Assembly: GCF_022045235.1 (NCBI RefSeq) | Contig: NW_027266275.1 | Location: 3,844,001 to 3,908,000 of the forward strand | DNA length: 64,000 nt | DNA from: Haliotis cracherodii | Lineage: Eukaryota | Reading direction: 5' to 3' | Part shown: positions 11,441-24,238 of the stretch, piece after piece | Position numbering within the stretch: the stretch's first letter is position 1 | How the letters are laid out: every line of letters starts with the position of its first letter | Made by a program: the position numbers and the translations under genes | The notes under the pieces: model-generated | Database searches by the model: none | What the model was told of the DNA's origin: nothing | The model's input: only the letters and a program-made list of their open reading frames with translations

Positions 11441-12513
11441 TACTGAACCGCAAAAGAAACGTCACCTCAAACTACGTTGCATGAAAAGTTGTCATTTAAA
11501 TATCTTGGTAATATTTGGCAATGTTTCTAATATCTAACATTATCTTGTCCGGAAAAATTTGATGATAAAAAACAAAGCAGATGACAATAAAACTGATCGC
11601 CTAAACGCATCACGGCAACGGCCATGGTAACCCGATGCTCGTGAGTTCCGTGCAAATTGAGATGCACATGCGTTCCCCCATTTCTTGCCCTATAAATTTT
11701 CACCCAGATCGGATAACATTCATTCGTTATTGAATTGCTACCACATGCCAAGATTGACAAGAAATCAGCGACACCAAGCCCTCGGACGATTGCAAGCTGG
11801 ACAAACCGCCGTTATTCGGATGCTTGTGTTGTTGAGAGAGACTCTTGGGGTGGTCCGAGCATCATGGTGTGGGGTGGAATTGGTCTTGCACAGATGGTCG
11901 GCCCTGTGGTCTTCCAGAACATCGGTCCAGGGAGAGGCAATGGTGTCACAGCAGCTCGGTACATTGATCAAGTCTTGAGACCACACGCCATACCTCATTT
12001 GGCACGTCGCCGCAACCACGGGTTTCAGTATGATAACGCCCGTGCCCACACTGCGAGAGCAGCAAGAGACTTCCTCCAGCAGAATGGCATCAGAACCACG
12101 CAGTGGCCTGACCTCAGTCCCGATTTAAATCCCATTAAGACTTGTGGGACGAGATTCAAAGACGGATGAGTGACGTCCAACCAAGGCCGACAACTGCAGC
12201 TGAACTGCGTCAGGCGTTCCTCAGAGTGTGGGCTCAAGTGCCTATGGCCTTCATCAACCGCCTCATCCATTCCATGTATCGACGTTGCACGGCAGTCATC
12301 AATGTACATGGCGGACACACGAGATACTGACTTGTGATGACATTTTCTCAGAGACTAGTGTTGTGTTTCACTTTAAGAACAATTGACACTTTAATTTCAA
12401 CCTTGATGATCAGTTTCATCTTTTTTATATGTCTCAAAGTATGTTTACAGTGTTTGGACAAATAAGGTAACTCATATATCTAACCATGGTGACGTTTCTT
12501 TTGCTGTTCAGTA
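11441..12513 (+). mobile_element. Internally deleted Tc1 element with both TIRs and TA TSD
   Basis: TIRs tactgaaccgcaaaagaaacgtcacc / ggtgacgtttcttttgctgttcagta flanked by TA. MPRLTRNQRHQALGRLQAG is fused to SIMVWGGI...FQYDNARAH...WPDLSPDLNPI...GGHTRY. Confidence 0.92.
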
Positions 12514-12521
12514 TAGATGGA

Positions 12522-12750
12522 GTTGTTTGTTGTTTAACATCGCTCTCAGCAATGTTCCACCCATATGACAGCGGTCTGTAAATAGTCGAAACTGGACCAG
12601 ACAATCCAGTGATTGATATCATGAGCATCGACCCACGCAATTATGTTACGATGACATGCATCAACCAAGTCAACGAGCCTGACCACCCGATCCCGTTAGT
12701 CGCCTCTTGTGACGAGCATTGGTTGCTGATGTAGAGCTCTTCACGGGTCT
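12522..12750 (-). mobile_element. SINE family A copy
   Basis: Matches 966-1201. Confidence 0.8.
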
Positions 12751-13800
12751 GTCCACAAGTGAAAAGGTTGCTTCTGCTTTCTGTCACGATTCATGGCGCT
12801 AAGCCTGAATGTCCTTGCAGCCCAGAACCGTGGCTACACATGCGGTATGAGACCTCATCGCTGGTGCGAACAGTGCAGTCACATTGCTGCAGTCATGCAT
12901 ACAGACTTGAGTTTAGGCTATCCGAAAAGGTTTTATCTGCGAGGATCTCCCGAAAATGCTGTCCCAGTAATTAATGAGAGGTCTTGCTGATAATCATCGT
13001 ATCACCATTTATCATAACCCTATTAGGTAAAAGCTTAAAGCTTTCTAGCTTTGTACAAGAATTTTGATAAAAAAACCTCGTGGTTTTCTTGTTTATGTTT
13101 TATGTGAAAGAATGTAAGAATGAAAGAATGTGATATCTGGAAAGAGATCACCTGTGCGCCAACATCCAAACTTTCACGATGTCTTGCAGACGACGAGTTC
13201 GGAACCTATACACAAGACACTATGGAAGTTTTCGAAACCCAATTCTGGATTAAACTTCTGGAGAAAGGTTATATTTGTCAAACTATTTCAATTTAATCAG
13301 TTGAATGCAAACGTTTCTTTTCAGAGTACATGCCTAAGAGAAAAGCCATATCGGGTGTAGAAACTAAATCATTTTAAATTGCATTGGCATAGCTTTACCG
13401 TTGATATAATGAACGCCATTTACACATATCTACATAATTCTTTACAGCCGTAAATGATATGTAAAGAGTGGGAAAATAACGAAACGATAATTGTCTGTTA
13501 TTTATTTAGAAACTAATGACAAAAACTATAAACAGTCAAAGTTAGCTATCTACAACATGACTCGGTTAACATCCACACAAAGCAGGAGACATACATGTCA
13601 TCCACAAACTAGTCTAGTACACTGTAACACTTTAATTACTATTGGTAAAATGTTAAACCGAATTTATATAGTAAAATGGTTAATAAATATTCTCTTTGTC
13701 TTAGTATCGTCTTGAGTAATGCAATTTGACATTCATTCTATCTTCTTTATTTGCATAGGGGTATAAACACGCGGACACCTACGCAACATGAAATGTATTG

Positions 13801-13808
13801 TGACGTCA
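13801..13808. promoter_or_regulatory. Perfect CRE palindrome TGACGTCA about 150 bp upstream of the MBOAT7 ATG
   Basis: Motif match in a promoter-proximal position. Confidence 0.35.
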
Positions 13809-13956
13809 ACAGACCATCCTATCGCAGCAACTCGTGTTCTCCTTCTATGAAAGGAGCTTCAATGCGGCTGTCATTTTCCTCACAGCGATACTAGTGCTGT
13901 CGTTGTGTAGTGTCTCTTTTGGCAGTGTTCAGAGTTAGAAGCGGAAATTAGAGAAA

Positions 13957-16900
13957 ATGGTGTCTGATGATACAGTCTACGGAGTTCTCTTGGTATTTTC
14001 GGTCGCGTTTGGATTGTATACCAAGAATCTTAAAGGGGCTGATACTAGACAAACCGTATCTACCATAGCCGGATTTTGTACAATCCTGCTTATATGCCAC
14101 TTGCACGTTTTTCACTCAATTATCACCGTGATTGGAACTTGTGTGGTCCTGAAATGTGTGCCTCACCGGTAAGTTGATGTTGCGCCGATGTTGCAGCGCG
14201 GACATTAATTAGATCTGCCCGCGTCTGTGCACTGTAATATGTTAATGTTCTGTGTTGATGTTTATACACAGAGTCGATGTGGTGATGTCACTGGATTCGT
14301 GGAGCTCCGTATCCCTCGTTCACTCTTATCAGCTGCGTTATTACCACGGGCTGGTCCAGCTGACCATCGGGGATCAATGAATAAGGATATACGGCTTGAG
14401 GCTTGAGTGTAGACTAACATATAGTCTCTGAAATGAACATATCATACAGAAAATAAAAATCTAATAAAAAGGGAGCCCAGTGATTCTCTTCATTTTCAGA
14501 TACTGCAGTAATCTAGACTTGCCAAACATTATAGACTTGCATGGGCTGTAGTTGATATAAATGTATCAGGGTCTGTAAGACAGACTAGCTTTAGTGACAT
14601 ATCAATAGATAACGATGAATAAATGAATTATAACGTCAACCACAGATATGTCACCATTGTGTTTCGATACCCTGTGTCGTGACATGACCTCGCTCCACGC
14701 ACCCCACAACACACCACCCCCTCTCATATTCATCCTTATTGATTCCATATAAGCATATATATTTCATGTCCTATTTTATCAAATGAAATGATTAATTATT
14801 TGGCAACAATTCAGTTTAATGGACAATAATTGGCCGAGACAGGTTGTTGACTGTGCCTCACCCTTCAGTGAACTCACTGCCTCTTTGGTCCTTCGTTTAA
14901 TTGTCGAAGTTAGGGAAGTTGTTTGTTGTTTAATGCCGCACTCGGCAATAATCGAGTCATATGACGGTGGTCTGTAAATAATCAAGTCTGAACCAGACAA
15001 GCCTGTGATTGATATCACGAGCCTCGATCCACACAATTAGGACATGATGACATGCATCAACCAAGTCAGCGAGCCTGACCACCCAACCATGTTAGTCGCC
15101 TCTTACAGGTTACCCCAAATCTACCCTTAGTCTATGGATACCCTTTCTGATCAAACACCCCTTCACGATCTTTAGGGTGAGTTGTGATTTTGGGTATAAC
15201 TTAGCTATCTCTTTTAAGAAATGTATTCAATGAGGTATATTCATGCAGTTTTATAAAGTTTTATTTGAGAAAGGGCTATAGTATAACAGGGCACATAAAG
15301 GTTAATGATTACGTGTGTACTTGGGAAATGAGTACTAATTGCTTGCGATAGCGCCCATGGTCCCATGTCGGATAATTAGATAAACGTGTTAGCCTAGCTC
15401 TGCTTCAAGCAATGAGAATTCTATCCTTCATGGGGCGCTAATTGAAATCCGAAAAAATGTGCATGGTGAAGTGCAATATTCCTGATTGTAGAATAATAAG
15501 AATGGTATAATTATAGTTTCTAGAATCAATAACCATGATAAATCTGTAACGGGTGACTGATATTCATGAATCTTCTTTTTTACAGGAACTGTCATATTGC
15601 TTGCTTCATTTGGAGTTTTGGATATCTGGTAGTATTCCGCACAGTTCATCTTCTGGGAATTCCTGCGCCACCTCCTCTTTCTAATGCTGTGCAACTGTTC
15701 CTGACTTTAAGGGTTTGTCTTTAGTTATCTTCCATGATATCGGGACAGTGGGGTAGCTTCAATTTCCAGAATCAGTTTCAAATCCCCACATTGTTACCAT
15801 GGGTACAATATGTCAAGTCCATTTCTGGTGTCACCCAGGTGGGGTATGGCTGACATATTGCTGTACCTACAGCATGGGTGACACAATGTCACACAATGAA
15901 CATGCTATGTGATTACAGTACATTGATTCAGACTAAACAATTTGCCAAATTTTGTAGCTATTGAACTTAAGGACATTTTGTATATTTTCAGTACTTTAAC
16001 ATGTTAGCTATGAAGCCAGAATCTAGTAACATCAGCAACCTCATAATTGTCATTCAAATCCAATTTTGTCAGTTCAGGTTTTCTAGCCTTTATCTACCAA
16101 ATAATTATTACCCATTATTACACAGTCACATATCAGTGTCACACCTACGTAGGGATTCTAGGTTACATGGAATAGGTCACCAGCAACCTGTGCTTCTCAA
16201 ATAGCAACATAATGAATATGCTGGTCCGGCTGGTAGACTTGGTGACTTGGTCAGGCTGGTAGACTTGGTGACCTGGTCAGGCTGCATGACTTGGTCAGGC
16301 TGCATGACTTGGTGACTTGGTCAGGCTTGGTGACTTGGTCAGGCTGGGTGACTTGGTGACTTGGTCAGGCTGGGTGACTTGGTGACTTGGTCAGACTGAG
16401 TGACTTGTTCAGGCTGGGTGACTTGGTCAGGCTGCATGACTTGGTGACTTGGTCAGGCTTGGTGACTTGGTCAGGCTGGGTGACTTGGTGACTTGGTCAG
16501 GCTGGGTGACTGGGTGACTTGGTCAGACTGAGTGACTTGTTCAGGCTGGGTGACTTGGTTAGGCTGGGTGACTTGGTCAGGCTGCATGACTTGGTCAGGC
16601 TGCATGACTTGGTGACTTGGTCAGGCTTGGTGACTTGGTCAGGCTGGGTGACTTGGTGACTTGGTCAGGCTGGGTGACTTGGTCAGACTGGATGACTTGG
16701 TCAGACTGGGTGACTTGGTTAGGCTGGGTGACTTGGTGACTTGGTTAGGCTGGGTGACTTGGTGACTTGGTCAGGCTGGGTGACTTGGTCAGACTGGATG
16801 ACTTGGTCAGACTGGGTGACTTGGTTAGGCTGGGTGACTTGGTCAGGCTGGGTGACTTGGTGACTTGGTTAGGCTGGGTGACTTGGTCAGACTGGATGAC

Positions 16901-19900
16901 TTGGTCAGACTGGGTGACTTGGTGACTTGGTCAGGCTGGGTGACTTGGTGACTTGGTCAGGCTGGGTGACTTGGTGACTTTGTCAGGCTGGGTGACTTGG
17001 TCAGACTGAGTGACTTGTTCAGGCTGGGTGACTTGGTTAGGCTGGGTGACTTGGTGACTTGGTCAGGCTGCATGACTTGGTCAGGCTGCATGACTTGGTG
17101 ACTTGGTCAGGCTTGGTGACTTGGTCAGGCTGGGTGACTTGGTGACTTGGTCAGGCTGGGTGACTTGGTGACTTGGTCAGACTGAGTGACTTGTTCAGGC
17201 TGGGTGACTTGGTTAGGCTGGGTGACTTGGTGACCTGGTCAAGCTGGGTGACTTGGTGACTTGGTAAGGCTGGGTGACTTGGTCAGACTGGATGACTTGG
17301 TCAGACTGGGTGACTTGGTTAGGCTGGGTGACTTGGTTAGGCTTGGTGACTTGGTGACTTGGTCAAGCTGGGTGACTTGGTGACTTGGTAAGGCTGGGTG
17401 ACTTGGTCAGACTGGATGACTTGGTCAGACTGGGTGCCTTGGTCAGGCTGGGTGACTTGGTCAGACTGGATGACTTGGTCAGACTGGGTGACTTGGTTAG
17501 GCTGGGTGACTTGGTGACTTGGTCAGGCTGGGTGACTTGGTGACTTGGTCAGGCTGGGTGACTTGCTCAGGCTGGGTGACTTGGTGACTTGGTCAGACTG
17601 GTAGACTTGGTCAGGCTGGGTGACTTGGTGACTTGGTTAGCCTGGGTGACTTGGTTAGCCTGGGTGACTTGGTGACTTGGTTAGCCTGGGTGACTTGGTC
17701 AGACTGGGTGACTTGGTTAGCCTGGGTGACTTGGTCAGACTGGTAGACTTGGTCAGGCTGGGTGACTTGGTGACTTGGTTAGCCTGGGTGACTTGGTTAG
17801 CCTGGGTGACTTGGTGACTTGGTTAGACTGAGTGTCTTGGTCAGACTGGGTGACTTGGTTAGCCTGGGTGACTTGGTTAGCCTGGGTGACTTGGTTAGCC
17901 TAGGTGACTGAGTGACTTGGTTAGGCTGGGTGACTTGGTCAGACTGGGTGACTTGGTGACTTGGTCAGATTGGGTGACTTGGTCAGGCTGGGTGACTTGG
18001 TTAGGCTTGGTGACTTGGTAACATGGTTAGCCTGGGTGACTTGGTTAGCCTGGGTGACTTGGTGACTTGGTTAGCCTGGGTGACTTGGTGACTTGGTCAG
18101 GCTGGGTGACTTGGTCAGACTGGATGACTTGGTCAGACTGGGTTACTTGGTGACTTGGTCAGACTGGGTGACTTGGTCAGGCTGGGTGACTTGGTGACTT
18201 GGTCAGACTGGATGACTATGTCAGGCTGGGTGACTTGGTGACTTGGTCAGGCTGGGTCACTTGGTCACTTGGTCAGACTGGATGACTTGCTCAGACTGGG
18301 TGACTGGGTGACTTGGTAAGGCTGGGTGACTTTGTGACTTGGTCAGACTGGGTGACTTGGTCAGACTAGATGACTTGTTCAGACTGGGTGACTTGGTGAC
18401 TTGGTCAGGCTGGGTGACTTGGTGACATGGTCAGGCTGGGTGACTTGGTGACTTGGTTAGCCTGGGTGACTTGGTCAGACTGGGTGACTTGGTCAGACTG
18501 AGTGTCTTGGTTAGACTGAGTGTCTTGGTGACTTGGTCAGACTGGGTGACTTGGTCAGGCTGGGTGACTTGGTGACTTGGTTAGCCTGGGTGACTTGGTC
18601 AGACTGGGTGACTTGGTCAGACTGAGTGTCTTGGTTAGACTGAGTGACTTGGTGACTTGGTTAGCCTGGGTGACTTGGTCAGACTGGGTGACTTGGTTAG
18701 ACTGAGTGTCTTGGTTAGGCTGGGTGACTTGGTTAGACTGGGTGATTTGGTTAGACTGGGTGACTTGGTTAGGCTGGGTGACTTGGTTAGACTGAGTGTC
18801 TTGGTTAGGCTGGGTGACTTGGTCAGACTGGGTGATTTGGTTAGACTGGGTGACTTGGTTAGGCTGGGTGACTTGGTCAGGGTGGGTGACTTGGTTAGAC
18901 TGAGTGTCTTGGTCAGACTGGGTGACTTGGTTAGGCTGGGTGACTTGGTCAGGCTGGGTGATTTGGTTAGACTGGGTGACTTGGTCAGACTGGGTGATTT
19001 GGTTAGACTGCGTGACTTGGTCAGACTGAGTGTCTTGGTGACTTGGTCAGGCTGGGTGATTTGGTCAGACTGGGTGACTTGGTTAGGCTGGGTGACTTGA
19101 TGACTTGGTCAGACTGGGTGACTTGGTCAGACTGGGTGATTTGGTTAGACTGCGTGACTTGGTCAGACTGAGTGTCTTGGTGACTTGGTCAGACTGCGTG
19201 ACTTGGTTAGACGGGGTGACTTGGTCAGACTGAGTGTCTTGGTTAGACTGAGTGACTTGGTTAGACTGAGTGTCTTGGTTAGACTGAGTTTCTTGGTGAC
19301 TTGGTCAGGCTGAGTGACTTGGTCTGACTGGGTGACTTGGTGACTTGTTCAGACTGGGTGACTTGGTCAGGCTTGGTGACTTGGTCATGCTGGGTGATTT
19401 GGTGACTTTGTCATGCTGGGTGACTTAGTGACTTTGTCAGGCTGGGTGACTTGGTGACTTGGTCAGACTGGGTGACTTGGTCAGGCTGGGTGACTTGGTC
19501 AGGCTGGGTGACTTGGTGACTTGGTCAGACTGGGTGACTTGGTCAGGCTGGGTGACTTGGTGACTTGGTCAGGCTGGGTGACTTGCTCAGGCTGGGTGAC
19601 ATGGTGACTTGCTCAGGCTGGGTGACTTGGTGACTTGCTCAGGCTGGGTGACTATGTCAGGCTGGGTGACTTGGTCCGACTGCTGTCAATTTCACACATT
19701 GCACTAATAATAATGTCTCAGACAGAAAAGGGGCTTCAGACAAAGCATTGTTCCTCCTTACCTTACTGAAACTGATGCCAAAGGGTAACCATGGTAACTA
19801 CTCTCTACCATCGTAACTGTTGAAAAATGTCCTCCTGTCTGCTATTGTTGCAGATGATTGGACTAGCGTTTGAGATCCATGACAGCAGGATGGCTGTGTT

Positions 19901-22900
19901 CAAGGAGGATGCCACAGAGGAGGAGAAGAGACTCATAAAGAAATATGTACACATCGATCCAAGCTTCTCTGACATCTTCTCCTATGCCTACTGCTATATT
20001 GGAATGATGACAGGTTGTTATTTCTCATGTGTAACATTCATGGAGTATTTGTGCATTATGATTGATTGTGTGTGGTGAGTGGGTAAGCGGTCAAAAGTGC
20101 CAGGTGCTGAGATCGTATCTTGCTAGTGACTGGTTTGTTATTCAGCCTTTGGACCAACAATGTTTACAGGTCTCTACAGTGTTGTCACTACCCCTAGTGT
20201 AAAGTACATGCACCCTGTGCACTCAAAAGAACCCACTCGTCCAATGGTATATGACCAGATGGTAGGAACGCGAATACGTACATACACCCGAAACACAAGT
20301 GTCAAAACTTGTGGTGTCACCCTGGGTAAGTGACTTATTTCAAATGTGCCTCTGTTCACCAAGGAGGGAATGGGTACCCGATATGTGAGGTGGATGTAAA
20401 AACCTTCCAGCGCCCTTACGTAGCTTGGGTTGTATACTCCCCAGGGAGTTGAGAATAATAACTGGAATGCCAATGGAGTCACTGGTCAAGCTGATACATG
20501 TGTATATAATGGGGGTGAGGGGGGGGCCCTAATGTTTAAGGCAACGAAATTCGCTGTGCAGAGTTGCGTCCCTTTGACATCCCCAAAACCTATGATTGTG
20601 GGTTCAAATCCCGGTATACCCTGATTATGTTGTGAATGTGTGGGTCTGCTGAGATTCTCTTTCATGATGAAATGAGGATGTCAAGTGTCAAATTTTCATG
20701 TGTCATGAATTGAATTACAAATTTAACGTTAAGGTTAATTACTAATGGGGTTTGATCATCTCAGGACAAGAGGACAACTAATTTGCTGACTGATACAATC
20801 TGCTCTGGCTTGTTGAAGTAGTATGTAATAAGTAAGACATTCATATACTATTACTTGAACTGGGGGGCACGGGTGGTCCAGTCGTCTAAGGTGCCGCGAT
20901 TTGCTGTGCAGAGTTGCATCCCTTGGGCACCCCAGAAACCTATGATTGTGGGTTTGAATCCTGGTTCGCCACAATTATGTTCCTAGGTTTGTCAGCACCA
21001 TATCCGTGCTTGTGGGTTTCACTGAAGTGGTAAATGCCTGAGACCTACATCACTTCGGGCTTTCCTCCCACAATAAGCTGACACACCGCAATATAACTGG
21101 AATACTGTTAAAAGCACCGTTAAACCCAACACACTCACTCACTTAAACTGAATTGTTTTTGAATTTTAGTGAAATATATTTTCACAGTTTTCCCCTGCTA
21201 AAGAAGTATGTACCAGTAATAAGTCTTGTTTGCACAGTTTTGCCCCGTCACTAATCTGCATGTGACCTTGTTACTGTTGTTGCAGGCCCGTACTACAAGT
21301 ACCGTACCTATCAGGACTGGCTGGAGGAATCCAATACAGAACACATTGCCACTCGTACACCGTTCTGGGAGAAAGTCAAACCCCTCCCCCTCATTCTGGC
21401 GTGCTTCCTGGCCTTCTCTCACTATTTCAATATCCAGGTAGGACTGTTCCTTCTGATGGTAACCATGGTGACAAAGAATGTGAAATTCATTGTCTTGCGC
21501 TTGTTGGGTTCCAAACCAGAGATGGTCGCCAGTATTCAATTCTTGGTAGAGCTGGAATATGAGGATATATTTTATCATAGACTTACGACAGTCGTAGCCG
21601 TACAATCCCTTTGTGATGGTTACAGTGTGTGAAATGACTGATTGTATGTCACCGAGCATTGATGACATACAGGCTTGTGTAAGCTGTCAAGCTGGTTTGC
21701 CTGATCGGGACTCGATTATGTGCAAGCCACCATAGTTTGAATATTGCAGACTGCACGTAAAACAATACTCACTCACTCATTCACTACTCTGTAATATGAT
21801 CGATGTAGCCAAACGATTTTGATGTTTATTACATTCATGGACTATAACTTGAAGTAAATGTTTTTGAAATAAAGTACACATTTTCACAGTTATTATCAAT
21901 GTGTCATTTGTTTGTGTGTATTTTTTACAGTATGTGGAAACGGATGAGTTCTCTGACCAACCGTTCTGGTTTCGATTGTTCTACATGATGCCGATGTTTA
22001 TCATCTTCCGGACCCGCCTGTACATCGCGTGGCTGCTGTCCGAGTGCATGTGTATCACATCAGCTCTCGGAGCATACCCGGTCAAGTCCAAACCCAAGTG
22101 TGGACAAGGCCCTACTGATCTCAAGGCCCTGGAAGACACGTACGTGTAACCTGTCGGCCTTAAAGACTGGATAGTGTGTCAGTTATCTTGGAGAAACATC
22201 TGGTACAATTCCCCAAATGGAACAATCAATATACAATTTAAACAACCAATGTTGGTGTAACTGGGGTATATTTAGGTTGTCACTGGATATAACAAGGTAT
22301 TATTGTTACATATGTCATGTATTAGGGAAATAATCGATGAGCGGGAGTCTCCAGAAATGATGTCATGATAGATTATATTTTATTGTGAATAAACCACAAT
22401 TTCGTTCTTCATTGTTCTTTGCGATTTATTGCGTAGTTATCGCAAAGATGATATTAATTATGATTTATACCATGTATGGGTAAGCATTGTTGAAGCAAGT
22501 ATGAAGACACAAGTGTAAACTTTTAGTACAGCACATTTCTCAAGAGATTATATATATCATCCTTTTAATATCCCTTTGCATAAAGAGTAATAACATCTTC
22601 TAGGAGTTTGCAACTGACTTTGATGTAGATGACTTTGTAAGTTGTTTTTCTGTTCAGCTTAGTTTTCTTGTTGTGTTGTTTGTTGAAGCTGAAACATGAC
22701 AGAAAGTGTTCTTGTAGCTTTTGCAGGGAGTTTCATGATAGCAGTTTTCTATGTGACTTCAGGCAGAACGAATCTGATAAGAAGTCTGTTGAGTACAACT
22801 TCCAGTCTGTGCACAATCTGGACATCTGGGGGTGTGAGTTGGCGCCGACAACCAGGGAAGGTCTTCGCAGCTGGAACATGACTGTACAGTACTGGTTGGC

Positions 22901-24238
22901 TACATACATCCATCGTCGCATCCCAGCCAATCTCAAGGCCTACAGGTACTATATTTACTGTTATACACCAGCCAGTCTCAAGGCCTACAGGTACTATATT
23001 TACTGTTATACACCAGCCAGTCTCAAGGCCTACAGGTACTATATTTACTGTTATACACCAGCCAGTCTCAAGGCCTACAGGTACTATATTTACTGTTATA
23101 CACCAGCCAGTTTCAAGGCCTTTAGGTACTATATTTACTGTTATACACCAGCCAGTCTCAAGGCCTACAGGTACTATATTTACTGTTATACACCAGCCAG
23201 TTTCAAGGCCTTTAGGTACTATATTTACTGTTATATACCAGCCAGTCTCAAGGCCTACAAGTAATTATATTTACATGAGAATAAAATATGTTTAAACTAA
23301 TTATATTTACTGTTATATACTGTTATGTACCAGCCCATCTCAAGGTGTTCAGGTACTATATTTACTGTTATATACCAGCCAGTCTCAAGGCCTATAGGAA
23401 CTATATTTACTGTTATATACCAGTCAGTATCAAGGCCTTCAGCTACTATATTTACTGTTATAAACCAGCCCATCTCAAGGTGTTCAGGTACTATATTTAC
23501 TGTTATATACCAGCCAGTCTCAAGGCCTATAGGAATTTTATCTATTGTTATATACCAGGCAGTCTAAAGGCCTTCACATACTATATTTACTGTTATGTAC
23601 CAGCCCGTCTCAAAGAGTTCAGGTACTATATATACTGTTATATACCAGCCAGTCTCAAGGCCTATAGGAACTATATTTACTGTTATATACCAGCCAGTCA
23701 AACGCTCAAACTCCACTGTACTGTATATAAGTTTGATATCAATATATCAGTTTGATATTTTGTTATAACCCCCATAGCCTGTGGGATGGGATACTAGCAG
23801 TTAGGATCGTGCATCTGGATGTTAGGAATGTCCAAATGACTGACACAGGTAAACAAAGCTAGATTGTACCTTATACACTCTGATCCTTGCAGGGTGTCGA
23901 TCACGATGGGCGTGAGTGCGTTCTGGCACGGCATCCACCCTGGATACTACCTCAGCTTCCTGACAGTACCACCAATTCTCATGGCAGAAACAGCCATGTC
24001 CAACACATTCCGCCGAGATGCTTCCCCGCTGCAGCAGCAGCTGTTTGACTGGGGTTGCTGGTTCTTCAAGATGAGGGGGTTTGACTACATGTGCATGGGG
24101 TTCCTCTTGCTGCGGTTAAATTCCACCCTAAACTACTGGTGTTCCATATACTTTACTGGACATATTGTGGTTGTTTTGTTTTTGGTTATTGGAAATGTTT
24201 TTATGAAAAAGACAAGACGTGAAGTGAAGAAGGATTAG
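13957..24238 (+). CDS. MBOAT7: Lysophospholipid acyltransferase 7 (LPIAT1), 462 aa
   Basis: Exons 13957-14168, 15586-15712, 19854-20013, 21286-21437, 21931-22139, 22763-22945, 23893-24238 (1389 nt, phases match). Motifs NAVQLFLTLR, YCYIGMMTGPYY, LGAYP, WNMTVQYWLA, SAFWHGIHPGYYLSFL (catalytic His), FDYMCMGF. Confidence 0.95.
14422..14588. mobile_element. Dispersed repeat with tagtctctg...cagacta termini (short derivative)
   Basis: Both ends (tagtctctgaaatgaacatat and ctgcagtaatctagacttgccaaacattatagacttg) recur in the longer copy at 32572-33050. Confidence 0.6.
14918..15110 (-). mobile_element. SINE family A copy
   Basis: Matches 966-1201 and 12522-12750. Confidence 0.8.
16222..19680. repeat. 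3.4-kb minisatellite, 18-bp unit GGTCAGGCTGGGTGACTT with interspersed 8-bp GGTGACTT, in MBOAT7 intron 2
   Basis: Directly visible. The spurious ORF (LGDLVR)n confirms the 18-bp period. Confidence 0.97.
20863..21143 (+). mobile_element. tRNA-derived SINE family C
   Basis: A box tggtccagtcgtctaagg, B box ggtttgaatcc, tail (actc)n, TSD-like acttgaactg/acttaaactg. Copies at 39442-39727 and a partial one at about 20520. Confidence 0.8.
22923..23698 (+). repeat. 45-bp minisatellite containing the MBOAT7 exon 6 end and its 5' splice site (~16 units)
   Basis: Unit ccagccagtctcaaggcctacag|gtactatatttactgttataca. The first unit is the true exon/intron junction. Confidence 0.95.

Noticed and set aside
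18657-19100. 147-aa (LGDLVR)n ORF
   Set aside because: By-product of the 18-bp satellite, with a non-ATG start, inside an intron.
22923-23698. CRISPR-like appearance of this and the other regular arrays
   Set aside because: Units are contiguous near-identical repeats with no unique spacers, there are no cas genes, and the context is eukaryotic and intronic.
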